From assembly GCA_041559075.1 (NCBI GenBank), contig JBFFEB010000009.1, positions 1,450 through 65,449 of the forward strand: a stretch of 64,000 bases of DNA. The letters run 5' to 3'. The first letter of the stretch is position 1; every line of letters begins with the position of its first letter. Of this stretch, positions 32,226-41,426 are shown in pieces. The position numbers and the translations under genes are program-made. The DNA is from Woeseiaceae bacterium (GTDB lineage Bacteria; Pseudomonadota; Gammaproteobacteria; Steroidobacterales; Woeseiaceae). The notes under the pieces were generated by a model that was given only the letters and a program-made list of their open reading frames with translations, made no database searches and was not told where the DNA came from.

Positions 32226-33383
32226 ATGTCCGACCTCGATCTCTCCGGCAAGCGGGTTCTCATTCGCGAGGATCTGAACGTGCCGGTAAGGGACGGAATA
32301 GTGACGAGCGACGCACGCATACGCGCATCGCTGCCCACGATCAGAAAGGCGCAGGAGGCGGGCGCCGCAGTCATGTTGATGTCGCACCTGGGCCGACCGA
32401 CCGAGGGCGAGCCGGATGATGCGTTTACCCTGCAGCCCGTGGCCGGGCGCCTGTCGGAGTTGCTCGGCCACGACGTGCCCTTGATACGCGACTGGATCGA
32501 CGGTGTCGATGTGCAGCCCGGCAGTGTCGTGCTGCTCGAGAATGTCCGCTTCCTCACCGGCGAAAAAGCCTGTGACGAGACCCTGGCGCGCAAGATGGCG
32601 GCGCTCTGCGACGTGTTCGTGATGGATGCGTTCGGTACTGCGCACCGGGCGCAGGCGAGCACATACGGCGTGGCGGAGCATGCGCCGGTCGCATGCGCCG
32701 GGCCGCTGCTGGTGGCAGAACTCGACGCGCTCGGCAAGGCGCTCGACAACCCGGCGCGGCCGCTGGTCGCGATCGTCGGGGGATCGAAGGTTTCCACCAA
32801 GCTGGACGTTCTCGACGCGCTGGCCGAAATCGTGGACTGCCTGATCGTGGGCGGCGGCATCGCGAACACTTTCATCGCCGCTGCCGGCCACGACGTTGGC
32901 AACTCACTGGTCGAGGTCGACATGCTGGATACCGCGCGTGAGCTGGCTGCCGGCGGGGAACGGCGCGCACAGATACCGATACCGACTGACGTCGTGGTTG
33001 CCGGTGAATTCGCCAACGTGGAAGGAACCACCAAGGCGGTAGGCGCCGTGTCCGGCCAAGAGATGATCCTGGACATCGGTCCGGAGACCGCGGCGCGATT
33101 CTGCGAGATTATCGCCGCCGCAGGGACCGTAATATGGAACGGACCGGTCGGCGTATTCGAGTTCGACAATTTCGGGGCCGGTACGAAGGCCCTGGCCGAA
33201 GCCATCGCCGGCAGCCACGCTTTCTCGATTGCCGGAGGCGGTGACACGCTCGCCGCGATCGACAAGTACGGTGTCGCGGACCGGATTTCCTACATTTCGA
33301 CGGGTGGCGGTGCGTTTCTCGAGTTCGTCGAAGGCAAGAAGCTGCCGGCTGTCGAGGTGCTCGAGCGCCGCGCTGCGGGTTAA
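32226..33383 (+). CDS. pgk: phosphoglycerate kinase
   Basis: ORF 32124..33383 trimmed to the ATG at 32226: [21 protein letters not shown]...LMSHLGRP...FDNFGAGT...[11 protein letters not shown]. Confidence 0.95.
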   Translation: MSDLDLSGKRVLIREDLNVPVRDGIVTSDARIRASLPTIRKAQEAGAAVMLMSHLGRPTEGEPDDAFTLQPVAGRLSELLGHDVPLIRDWIDGVDVQPGSVVLLENVRFLTGEKACDETLARKMAALCDVFVMDAFGTAHRAQASTYGVAEHAPVACAGPLLVAELDALGKALDNPARPLVAIVGGSKVSTKLDVLDALAEIVDCLIVGGGIANTFIAAAGHDVGNSLVEVDMLDTARELAAGGERRAQIPIPTDVVVAGEFANVEGTTKAVGAVSGQEMILDIGPETAARFCEIIAAAGTVIWNGPVGVFEFDNFGAGTKALAEAIAGSHAFSIAGGGDTLAAIDKYGVADRISYISTGGGAFLEFVEGKKLPAVEVLERRAAG

Positions 33384-34750
33384 CTCGGCCAGGGGCCGCT
33401 GATGGCCACCGTCTTCCCCGGATACTGGATATTCACGAACAGCGTCTTGCCGTCCGGCGCAAAGCACGCGCCGGCGAGTTCCGAATTCGAGTAGGCGTTG
33501 TCGGCGAGCCGGTACTGCGTACCGTCGGGCCGAATACCGACGAGCCCGCAATGGTCCGACGTATCTTCACAGACGATGAGGTCGCCCCACGGGGACATCG
33601 TGAGGTTGTCCGCATTGCGCAGCAGAGAGCCCTCTCCAGCCTCGGCGACCAGCGTGAGCCGTCCGGGTCGCTCCGCTTCGCCGGCCTGCCCTTCGACGGG
33701 GCTTGGCTGGTAAAGGAAGACCTGGCCCAGGCGCAGTCGGCCACCGATCGTGCACGTGAAGGCGAACGCGTCGCCGGCAGCGCAAAGGCCTTCGCCGCGC
33801 GCGAAAGTGGCGGCGCCCGCAGCTGCCCCGCGCAGCCGCAGGTCATTTTCTTCCGGGTCGACATCGTCGAGATCGATCCATTGCGTGGGCAGAGAACCAC
33901 CGATCCCGATCGCGGGATCGCCCGACCAGTTGTGCAGCTGACGCGCCGGCTGGCCGGCGATGGCGAGCGCCTGCAGCCGGCCACCCTCGTGCAGACGCCC
34001 CGCCAAAGCCGGGATGTAGCGGTAGAACAGGCTGTGATGGCGATCCTCGGTCATATAAACGATGCCGCTCGGCTCGTGGACCGCGCAGGCCTCGTGCTCG
34101 AAGCGGCCCATTGCTTTGATCGGCACCGGTTCGGCAAGTCCCGGCTCGTCGGCAGGAACCTCGAAGACGTAGCCGTGCTTCCTGTCGCGGGTGATCAGGC
34201 GGCCACGCGAGAAGTCGGTTCCGGGACTCTCGAAACACTCCTCGCAGGACAGCCAGCTGCCCCACGGCGTCGGGCCTCCCGCGCAGTTGAGTTCCGTGCC
34301 GGCGAGGCTCAGATGCTGCCGGGTTGTGCGTCCTGACTGCGGGTCGTAAACGGTGGTCGTGGTGCCACCGGCGCCCGGCGATCTGCCGCCGCCATGATCG
34401 TATACGCGTCGCCTAATGCGCTCCGGCAGGGCGTCGAAGCCGGTTCCGAAAGCGCTGTACTCCGGGAAGGCTGGCGGCATCTCGTGATTGCAGACCAATA
34501 CGACTCTTCCGTCGGGGCCCGGGAAAGCTGCCATCCCGTCATGAGCGGGAGGCACCGTGAAGCCATCGTCCATCGTATCGCCGGCTTTCGAGACGATCCG
34601 GTAGCTGAACCCTTCGGGTATGTCCAGCAGCTCGTCCGGGTCGGGCCGCAAAGGACCAATCGCCGTGTCGCCGGCGACAGCAGTCCCTGCAGCCGCCGGG
34701 CTGGCTGCCGCCGCGGCGAGGCATTGCAGGAACCGGCGTCGATTGATCAT
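33380..34750 (-). CDS. Tat-secreted DUF839 / PhoX-family beta-propeller protein (putative phosphatase)
   Basis: ORF 33380..34879 trimmed to the ATG at 34750: [26 protein letters not shown] (twin-arginine signal). Family-typical blocks are present: [60 protein letters not shown] and [25 protein letters not shown]. Confidence 0.78.
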   Translation of the reverse strand: MINRRRFLQCLAAAAASPAAAGTAVAGDTAIGPLRPDPDELLDIPEGFSYRIVSKAGDTMDDGFTVPPAHDGMAAFPGPDGRVVLVCNHEMPPAFPEYSAFGTGFDALPERIRRRVYDHGGGRSPGAGGTTTTVYDPQSGRTTRQHLSLAGTELNCAGGPTPWGSWLSCEECFESPGTDFSRGRLITRDRKHGYVFEVPADEPGLAEPVPIKAMGRFEHEACAVHEPSGIVYMTEDRHHSLFYRYIPALAGRLHEGGRLQALAIAGQPARQLHNWSGDPAIGIGGSLPTQWIDLDDVDPEENDLRLRGAAAGAATFARGEGLCAAGDAFAFTCTIGGRLRLGQVFLYQPSPVEGQAGEAERPGRLTLVAEAGEGSLLRNADNLTMSPWGDLIVCEDTSDHCGLVGIRPDGTQYRLADNAYSNSELAGACFAPDGKTLFVNIQYPGKTVAISGPWPS

Positions 34751-34863
34751 GGTCTGGACCAGGTTGTGGGAAACCGCGCAGGATAACAATACATTGTTAC
34801 AGGATGCTAACGAACCGGGGATCCACAGTACTACCGACACGCCATTGTGCAATAATCGCCGCC

Positions 34864-36297
34864 ATGCAACGACGGACAAAGATCGTGGCGACGCTCGGAC
34901 CGGCGACCGACCACGCTAGAACTCTTGTGAAAATGATTGACGCCGGCCTCGACGTCGCACGCATCAACTTCTCGCACGGCGAGGCGTCGGAGCATCGTCG
35001 ACGTGCCGCACAGCTCCGCGAGGCTGCCGCCGAATGCCGGCGTGACGTCGGCTTGCTCGGTGACCTCCAGGGTCCGAAGATCCGGGTGCAGCGGTTCAGG
35101 GACCGGGCTGTCGAGCTGAAGGACGGCGCGTCGTTCTTCCTTGACAGTGCGCTCGGATTCGAGGATGGCACCGAGGATGGTGTCGGGGTCGCCCTCGAGA
35201 CATTGCACCAGGACGTCAGGCCAGGCGACAGCCTGCTGCTCAACGACGGCATGATCTCGCTGCAGGTCGATCGTATCGAGGGTACCCGCGTGCACACGAC
35301 CGTCATAAACGGCGGAATCCTGTCGAACCACAAGGGCATCAACAAGAAGGGCGGCGGCCTGTCGGCGCCCGCGCTCACCGACGTCGACCGCGAGAACATC
35401 AGGCTGGCGGCCGAACTCGAAATGGACTTCCTGGCGGTCTCGTTCGTCCGTGATGGCGACGATGTCCGGGAAGCACGCCGCTTGTTCGAGGAGGCCGGCG
35501 GCAAAGGTCTTATCGTTGCAAAGATAGAGCGCGTAGAGGCGATAGAAGATCTTGATTCGATCATCGAGGCCGCCGACATCATTATGGTCGCACGCGGCGA
35601 CCTGGGGGTCGAGATGGGCTACGCCGAGCTGACCGGCATACAAAAGAAGCTCATTCGCAAGACCCGCAAGGCCAGCAAGATCGTCATCACGGCGACGCAG
35701 ATGATGGAGTCGATGATCCAGAACCCGATACCGACTCGCGCGGAAGTCTCGGACGTTTCGAATGCCGTCATGGACGGTACGGACGCGGTCATGCTGTCGG
35801 GTGAGACGGCTGTCGGCCGCTATCCGGTAAAGGCGATTCGCGCAATGGCGGAGGTCTGCAAGGGGGCTGAAAAGTTCCCGTTGCCCGAGGGCCTCACGCG
35901 CCATCGCATCGGTGATTTCTTCGAGCGCGTCGACGAAGCAATTGCCATGGCAGTGATGTATACCGCAAACCACCTGAATGTGACGGCGATTATCGCGTTG
36001 ACGGAGTCGGGGTCTACGGCACGCTGGATGTCGCGCATCCGCTCCGACATCCCGATCTATGCATTGACGCCGCACGCGACTACCGGTCGCCGCGTGACCA
36101 TTTATCGTGGCGTGTACCCGGTGCCGTTTCGCGCCGAGAATGCCGAGGGCGGTCCGTACCGGGATGTTTTCGACACGCTGCTGAAGCGCGATTTGGCGAA
36201 ACCCGAGGACTACGTCATCGTGACCAAGGGTGACATTGAAGGCGTGTCAGGCGGCACGAACTCGATGACGATCGTGCAGGTAACCGAGGCGGACTAG
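34864..36297 (+). CDS. pyk: pyruvate kinase
   Basis: ORF 34804..36297 trimmed to the ATG at 34864: MQRRTKIVATLGPAT...ARINFSHG...MVARGDLGVE...TQMMESM...MLSGETA. Confidence 0.95.
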   Translation: MQRRTKIVATLGPATDHARTLVKMIDAGLDVARINFSHGEASEHRRRAAQLREAAAECRRDVGLLGDLQGPKIRVQRFRDRAVELKDGASFFLDSALGFEDGTEDGVGVALETLHQDVRPGDSLLLNDGMISLQVDRIEGTRVHTTVINGGILSNHKGINKKGGGLSAPALTDVDRENIRLAAELEMDFLAVSFVRDGDDVREARRLFEEAGGKGLIVAKIERVEAIEDLDSIIEAADIIMVARGDLGVEMGYAELTGIQKKLIRKTRKASKIVITATQMMESMIQNPIPTRAEVSDVSNAVMDGTDAVMLSGETAVGRYPVKAIRAMAEVCKGAEKFPLPEGLTRHRIGDFFERVDEAIAMAVMYTANHLNVTAIIALTESGSTARWMSRIRSDIPIYALTPHATTGRRVTIYRGVYPVPFRAENAEGGPYRDVFDTLLKRDLAKPEDYVIVTKGDIEGVSGGTNSMTIVQVTEAD

Positions 36298-36300
36298 GGT

Positions 36301-38670
36301 ATGCGGCGCTGGTTGCTGCGTGCCGGGATCGCGGTGCTTGCGATGCTTGCCGCTCTTGCGCTGGCGGCCTGGCTGACATTGCGGGCGAGCCTGCCGCCAC
36401 TCGACGGCGAGCTGGAGGTGCCGGGCCTGGCGCATGCGGCGGCGATTCGCCGCGACGACGCCGGCATCCCGACGATCACGGCACGCACGCGTGCGGATCT
36501 CGCTTACGCGACCGGGTTCGCACATGGTCAGGACCGGTTCTTCCAGATGGACCTGATCCGGCGCCAGGCGGCCGGCGAGCTGTCGGCATTGTTCGGCGAG
36601 GTCGCGCTCGACACGGACAAGCGCTATCGCTTTCACCGTTTCAGGGATCGCGCTCGCGCCGCCCTGGCAGCGGCGCCCGAGGCACATGTCGCCATTCTCG
36701 AAAATTATGCGGACGGCGTGAACGCGGGTCTCGCGAGTCTGGGTGCGCGCCCGTTCGAACACATATTGCTGCGAGCGGAGCCCGAACCCTGGCGGGCCGA
36801 GGACTCCGTGCTGGTGGTCTACGCGATGTTCGTGCAGCTCAATGACGGGCGCGCCAGCAATGACGTCCGCCGCGGCCTCGCGCGCCGGTCGCTTCCAGCG
36901 GAGGTGTTCGACTGGCTCTACCCGCAGGGCTCGCGCTGGGATGCGCCGATCATGGGAGAGGCGAGAACGCAGCCGCCATTGCCGCCTGCCAGCATCTTCT
37001 CGGTCCGCGACGTCAAGGGCAAGCCACCGGCGGTGGGCGAGGTTGGAAAGCGGTATCTGAACGGCAGCAACAACTGGGTCGTCGGCGGCGGATTGACTGG
37101 CAACGGGCGTGCGCTCATGTCGAACGACATGCACCTAGGACACAACGTCCCGAACATCTGGTACCGGGCACGGCTGGTGGTGACCGGCGAGGAGCCGAGA
37201 GACATCACCGGCGTGTCCCTGCCGGGCACGCCATTCATAACCGCCGGCAGCAATGGCCACATTGCCTGGGGCTACACCAACAGCTATGGTGATTGGGCGG
37301 ATGCCGTGTTACTTCGCCCCGGCGCCACGCCTGGCACCTACCGGACGCCGCAAGGCGACCGCGAGTTCGACATCCGTCGTGAATCGATCGAGATCAGGGA
37401 TGCCGACCCCGTCGTCTACCAGATCCGCGAAACCGTCTGGGGCCCAGTCGACGACTCGGTCGACTATCCGGACGGCGACATCGCGGTCAGTTGGATCGCA
37501 CACAGTCCCGAGGCCCTGAACCTGAATCTCCTCACGCTGGAAGCCGCGGCCGACGTGGAGGAGGCGCTGGGAATCGCCGCGACGATGGGTATCCCGCCGC
37601 AGAACTTCGTGGTCGGCGACAGCGGCGGCAACATCGGCTGGACCATCGCAGGCCGGATTCCGGCGAAGAACGGTTTCGACGCGATGGTCCCGTCGGACTG
37701 GAGCCGGGAAGACGGCTGGGCTGGCTGGCTGGCTCCCGAGGATTACCCGCGCGTGTACAATCCGGCCGGGGGCCGAATCTGGACCGCCAACGCGCGCGTC
37801 GCCGATGCGGAAGCGCTCGAGGTCATCGGCGACGGCGGCTACGACCTCGGTGCCCGCGCCCGCCAGATCCGGGACTCGCTGCTTGCCTCGGATGACTTCG
37901 CGCCGGCGGATATGCTGGCGATCCAGTACGACGATCGTGCGCTGTTCCTGTCCCGCTGGCGCGACGTGATACTCGGCGTGCTCACCGACGAGCGGGTTGC
38001 CGCTAGCCCGAAGCTCGCCGAGTACCGCGAGCTGGTCCGCGACTGGATCCCGCGGGCGACGCCCGAATCAGTCGGTTACCGCCTCGTGCGGGCATTCCGG
38101 CTCGAGGTGCAGTCGAAGGTCTTCCACGGGCTCATGGCGCCGGTACGGGCGGCGAATGGCGGCGACATGGAGCCGCTGCTCAGCAACCAGTTTGAAGGCG
38201 TGCTCTGGCAACTGCTCTCGGAGCGGCCGCAGCACCTGCTGCCGGGTGCCTATGTTTCCTGGGACGAACTTCTGCTCGATGCCATCGATACCAATATGGC
38301 GTGGTTCTCGAACCACTACGACGACAGGTTGGCCGAGCGCAGCTGGGGCGAGATCAACACGGCATCGATCCGCCACCCATTGAGCGAGGCCTTGCCAGTG
38401 CTTTCACCATTGCTGGACATGCCGGCGGAGCCCCTGAACGGTGACGTCGACCTGCCGAAGGCGCAGGGACCCGAGTTCGGCGCCTCGCAGCGCTTTTCGG
38501 TGTCGCCCGGCGACGAGAGGAACGGCTTGATGCAAATGCCCACGGGCCAGAGCGGACATCCCCTGTCGAAATTCTATCGCAAGGGGCACGACGAATGGGT
38601 GCACGGGCGACCCAGCCCGTTTCTGCCGGGCGAGCCGCGGCACGAACTCACGCTGGTACCGGCCGGGTAA
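36301..38670 (+). CDS. penicillin acylase-family Ntn hydrolase (peptidase S45; possible acyl-homoserine-lactone or beta-lactam acylase)
   Basis: 789 aa. The N-terminal signal/anchor is MRRWLLRAGIAVLAMLAALALAAW. The predicted autoprocessing site with nucleophile Ser is in NGSNNWVVGG. The size and two-subunit layout fit the family. The ATG lies 3 nt after the pyk stop. Confidence 0.85.
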   Translation: MRRWLLRAGIAVLAMLAALALAAWLTLRASLPPLDGELEVPGLAHAAAIRRDDAGIPTITARTRADLAYATGFAHGQDRFFQMDLIRRQAAGELSALFGEVALDTDKRYRFHRFRDRARAALAAAPEAHVAILENYADGVNAGLASLGARPFEHILLRAEPEPWRAEDSVLVVYAMFVQLNDGRASNDVRRGLARRSLPAEVFDWLYPQGSRWDAPIMGEARTQPPLPPASIFSVRDVKGKPPAVGEVGKRYLNGSNNWVVGGGLTGNGRALMSNDMHLGHNVPNIWYRARLVVTGEEPRDITGVSLPGTPFITAGSNGHIAWGYTNSYGDWADAVLLRPGATPGTYRTPQGDREFDIRRESIEIRDADPVVYQIRETVWGPVDDSVDYPDGDIAVSWIAHSPEALNLNLLTLEAAADVEEALGIAATMGIPPQNFVVGDSGGNIGWTIAGRIPAKNGFDAMVPSDWSREDGWAGWLAPEDYPRVYNPAGGRIWTANARVADAEALEVIGDGGYDLGARARQIRDSLLASDDFAPADMLAIQYDDRALFLSRWRDVILGVLTDERVAASPKLAEYRELVRDWIPRATPESVGYRLVRAFRLEVQSKVFHGLMAPVRAANGGDMEPLLSNQFEGVLWQLLSERPQHLLPGAYVSWDELLLDAIDTNMAWFSNHYDDRLAERSWGEINTASIRHPLSEALPVLSPLLDMPAEPLNGDVDLPKAQGPEFGASQRFSVSPGDERNGLMQMPTGQSGHPLSKFYRKGHDEWVHGRPSPFLPGEPRHELTLVPAG

Positions 38671-38764
38671 TACTTAAGTCTCGCCGGACGACGTGCCGGC
38701 TCCTGACCTCGCGCCCGTCAACGGGTAAGATATTCCCAACACGCTCAGAAACATCGGGACAGAC

Positions 38765-39622
38765 ATGGCCGACACTCGCTTCACAGGCACAAGCACCTAC
38801 GTGGCAACGGACGACCTCATGATGGCCGTCAATGCGGCGGTGACGCTCGAGCGGCCCATCCTGGTAAAGGGAGAGCCTGGCACAGGCAAGACCCAGCTGG
38901 CGGTGGAAGTGGCGAACGCGCTGGGCAAACCGTTATTCGAATGGCATATCAAGTCCACCACCAAGGCGCAGCAGGGTCTCTACGAGTACGACGCGGTGGC
39001 ACGACTCAGGGATTCGCAACTCGGAGATGACCGCGTCCACGAAATCGCCAACTACATCCAGCACGGCAAGATCTGGGAAGCTTTCACGTCGGACGAAAAG
39101 CCGGTACTGCTTATCGACGAGATCGATAAGGCCGACATCGAGTTCCCGAATGACCTGCTGCGGGAACTCGACCGCATGGAGTTCTATGTCTACGAGACGA
39201 AGCAACTCGTCACAGCGAAACACCGTCCGATCATCGTGATCACCAGTAATAACGAGAAGGAACTCCCCGACGCGTTCCTGCGTCGCTGTTTCTTCCATTA
39301 CATCAAGTTCCCGGACATGGACACGATGTCGAGGATCGTCGACGTGCACTATCCCGACCTGAAGAAGAGCCTGCTGCAGGAAGCGCTTAATGCTTTCTAC
39401 AAACTACGCGAGGTGCCGGGACTGAAGAAGAAACCGTCAACGTCCGAGCTACTCGACTGGATCAAGTTGCTGCTGGCGGAGGACATTCCGCCGGAAGCGC
39501 TGCGAAGCAACGACAGGCGCAAGGCAATCCCGCCCCTGTACGGTGCGCTGCTCAAGAATGAACAGGACGTGCATCTTTTCGAACGTCTGGTCTTCCTGGA
39601 TCGCGGCGCGGGACAACAATAG
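38765..39622 (+). CDS. MoxR-type AAA+ ATPase (AAA_5, CoxD-like)
   Basis: 285 aa. Walker A is GEPGTGKT, Walker B is VLLIDEIDKA, sensor-1 is VITSNN, and there is an Arg-rich FLRRCF segment. Confidence 0.85.
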   Translation: MADTRFTGTSTYVATDDLMMAVNAAVTLERPILVKGEPGTGKTQLAVEVANALGKPLFEWHIKSTTKAQQGLYEYDAVARLRDSQLGDDRVHEIANYIQHGKIWEAFTSDEKPVLLIDEIDKADIEFPNDLLRELDRMEFYVYETKQLVTAKHRPIIVITSNNEKELPDAFLRRCFFHYIKFPDMDTMSRIVDVHYPDLKKSLLQEALNAFYKLREVPGLKKKPSTSELLDWIKLLLAEDIPPEALRSNDRRKAIPPLYGALLKNEQDVHLFERLVFLDRGAGQQ

Positions 39623-39627
39623 CCACA

Positions 39628-40803
39628 ATGCTGATACCGTTTTTCTACATGCTTCGAGAAGGTGGCATGAGCACGTCGATCACGGAGCTCCTCACGCTCC
39701 TGGAAGCGATGAAGCGAGGCGTGGCGGGTACAAGCGCCGACGACTTCTACTATCTATCGCGCGCTGCACTGGTCAAGGACGAGTCGCAGTTCGATCGTTT
39801 CGACCGGATATTCGCCGCCTACTTCAGAGGTGTCGAGGATAGCCTCGGAGACCTGTTCGAGGAGCTTCCGGAGGACTGGCTGCGGCAACAGGCGGAGCTG
39901 CTGCTTTCGGACGAGGAGCGCGCGAAGATCGAGTCGCTCGGCGGCTTCGACGAATTGATGAACGCCCTGCGCAAACGCCTGGAGGAGCAGGGCGATCGCC
40001 ACGAAGGTGGGAGTAAATGGATTGGCACGGCGGGCACCTCGCCATTCGGCGCTTACGGCTATAACCCGGAAGGCGTTCGCATCGGCCAGCACGGTTCGCG
40101 ACATCGCAGCGCCGTGAAGGTCTGGGACCGGCGCGAATACCGCAATCTCGACGATTCGATCGAACTCGGGACCCGTAATATCAAAGTCGCGTTGCGGCGG
40201 CTGCGAAAGTTCGCGCGCGAAGGCGCGGCGGACCAGCTCGACCTGGAAGACACCATAGACAAGACCGCGCGCAACGCCGGCCTGCTTGATATCCGCATGG
40301 TCCCGGAGCGGCACAATGCCGTCAAGGTACTACTGTGTCTGGATATCGGGGGTTCGATGGACGATCACGTGCGAGTCTGCGAGGAGCTGTTCTCTGCGGC
40401 CCGCAGCGAGTTCAAACACCTCGAGTATTACTACTTTCACAACTTCATTTACGAGTCGCTTTGGAAAGACAATCGCAGACGTCATGCGGAGCGCGTTTCC
40501 ACGCTCGACATCATCCACAAGTACGGCTCGGACTACAAACTGATCTTCGTCGGGGATGCAACGATGAGTCCGTACGAAATCGTCTATGCGGGCGGAAGCG
40601 TCGAGCACTGGAACGAGGAGCCGGGTGCCGTCTGGATCAAACGCCTCTTGAACACCTACAACAAGGCGGTATGGCTGAACCCCGAGCCGCGTGAGCGATG
40701 GGATTTCACACCGTCAGTCAAGCTGACGCGCGAGATCATGGAGGATCGCATGTTCCCGCTCACGATCGCCGGTCTCGACGAGGGCATCAAGGCGCTGCAC
40801 TAG
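39628..40803 (+). CDS. VWA-domain protein, CoxE-like partner of the MoxR ATPase
   Basis: 391 aa, starting 5 nt after the ATPase stop. The N-terminal region is MLIPFFYMLREGGMSTSITELLTLLEA. The C-terminal VWA fold has the MIDAS-position sequence LCLDIGGSMD (D-x-G-x-S instead of D-x-S-x-S). Confidence 0.8.
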   Translation: MLIPFFYMLREGGMSTSITELLTLLEAMKRGVAGTSADDFYYLSRAALVKDESQFDRFDRIFAAYFRGVEDSLGDLFEELPEDWLRQQAELLLSDEERAKIESLGGFDELMNALRKRLEEQGDRHEGGSKWIGTAGTSPFGAYGYNPEGVRIGQHGSRHRSAVKVWDRREYRNLDDSIELGTRNIKVALRRLRKFAREGAADQLDLEDTIDKTARNAGLLDIRMVPERHNAVKVLLCLDIGGSMDDHVRVCEELFSAARSEFKHLEYYYFHNFIYESLWKDNRRRHAERVSTLDIIHKYGSDYKLIFVGDATMSPYEIVYAGGSVEHWNEEPGAVWIKRLLNTYNKAVWLNPEPRERWDFTPSVKLTREIMEDRMFPLTIAGLDEGIKALH

Positions 40804-41329
40804 CCCCGAGCGCTTCGAGATCAGCGAGAACGTCTGCTGCGTGCGTCTTCGGATCGACCTTCTCGTAATGCCGCGCAATATTGCCCCGCGGATCGACGAT
40901 GAAGGTCTGCCGCTTGGCAACGGTCCAGCCCATCATCTTCGTCTTCACGCCATACGCGTCGGCCGTCTTTCCGTCCGCATCCGCCAGCAGAGGGAACGGC
41001 AGGCCGTGATTTTCCGAAAATTTCTTGTGCGACTCGATGTCATCCAGGCTCACGCCGAGAATCTGCGCGTTCAGCTTGCGGAATGCGAAAATGTTGTCGC
41101 GGAATTCGCAGGCCTGCGTCGTACAGCCCGGCGTTTCGTCTTTCGGGTAGAAGTACAGTACCACCCACTGATCCCTGTAATCCTCGAGTGAGTGCAGCTG
41201 CCCATCCTGGTCCGGCAGCTCGAATTCGGGCGCGGGGACGCCGATCTCGACACCATCATCGGTGAGGGCAGGAGCGACGGGCAACAAGACCAGGGTCAGG
41301 AGCAGAGAACCGGGCATAAGACATTTCAT
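40787..41329 (-). CDS. bcp: thioredoxin-dependent peroxiredoxin Bcp/PrxQ with an N-terminal signal peptide
   Basis: ORF 40787..41596 trimmed to the ATG at 41329: MKCLMPGSLLLTLVLLPVAPALT|DDG. The AhpC/TSA core is WVVLYFYPKDETPGCTTQACEF (peroxidatic Cys in PGCT, resolving Cys 5 residues later). Confidence 0.88.
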   Translation of the reverse strand: MKCLMPGSLLLTLVLLPVAPALTDDGVEIGVPAPEFELPDQDGQLHSLEDYRDQWVVLYFYPKDETPGCTTQACEFRDNIFAFRKLNAQILGVSLDDIESHKKFSENHGLPFPLLADADGKTADAYGVKTKMMGWTVAKRQTFIVDPRGNIARHYEKVDPKTHAADVLADLEALGASAAP

Positions 41330-41426
41330 GAATGAGTCCGAATCGTTGGATTTGCAGAATCCACTATGATACGAGTCGTTGCATCCTGCGCAAGACTTCG
41401 AGGCGCAAGACGACATAAGGGTCAGC

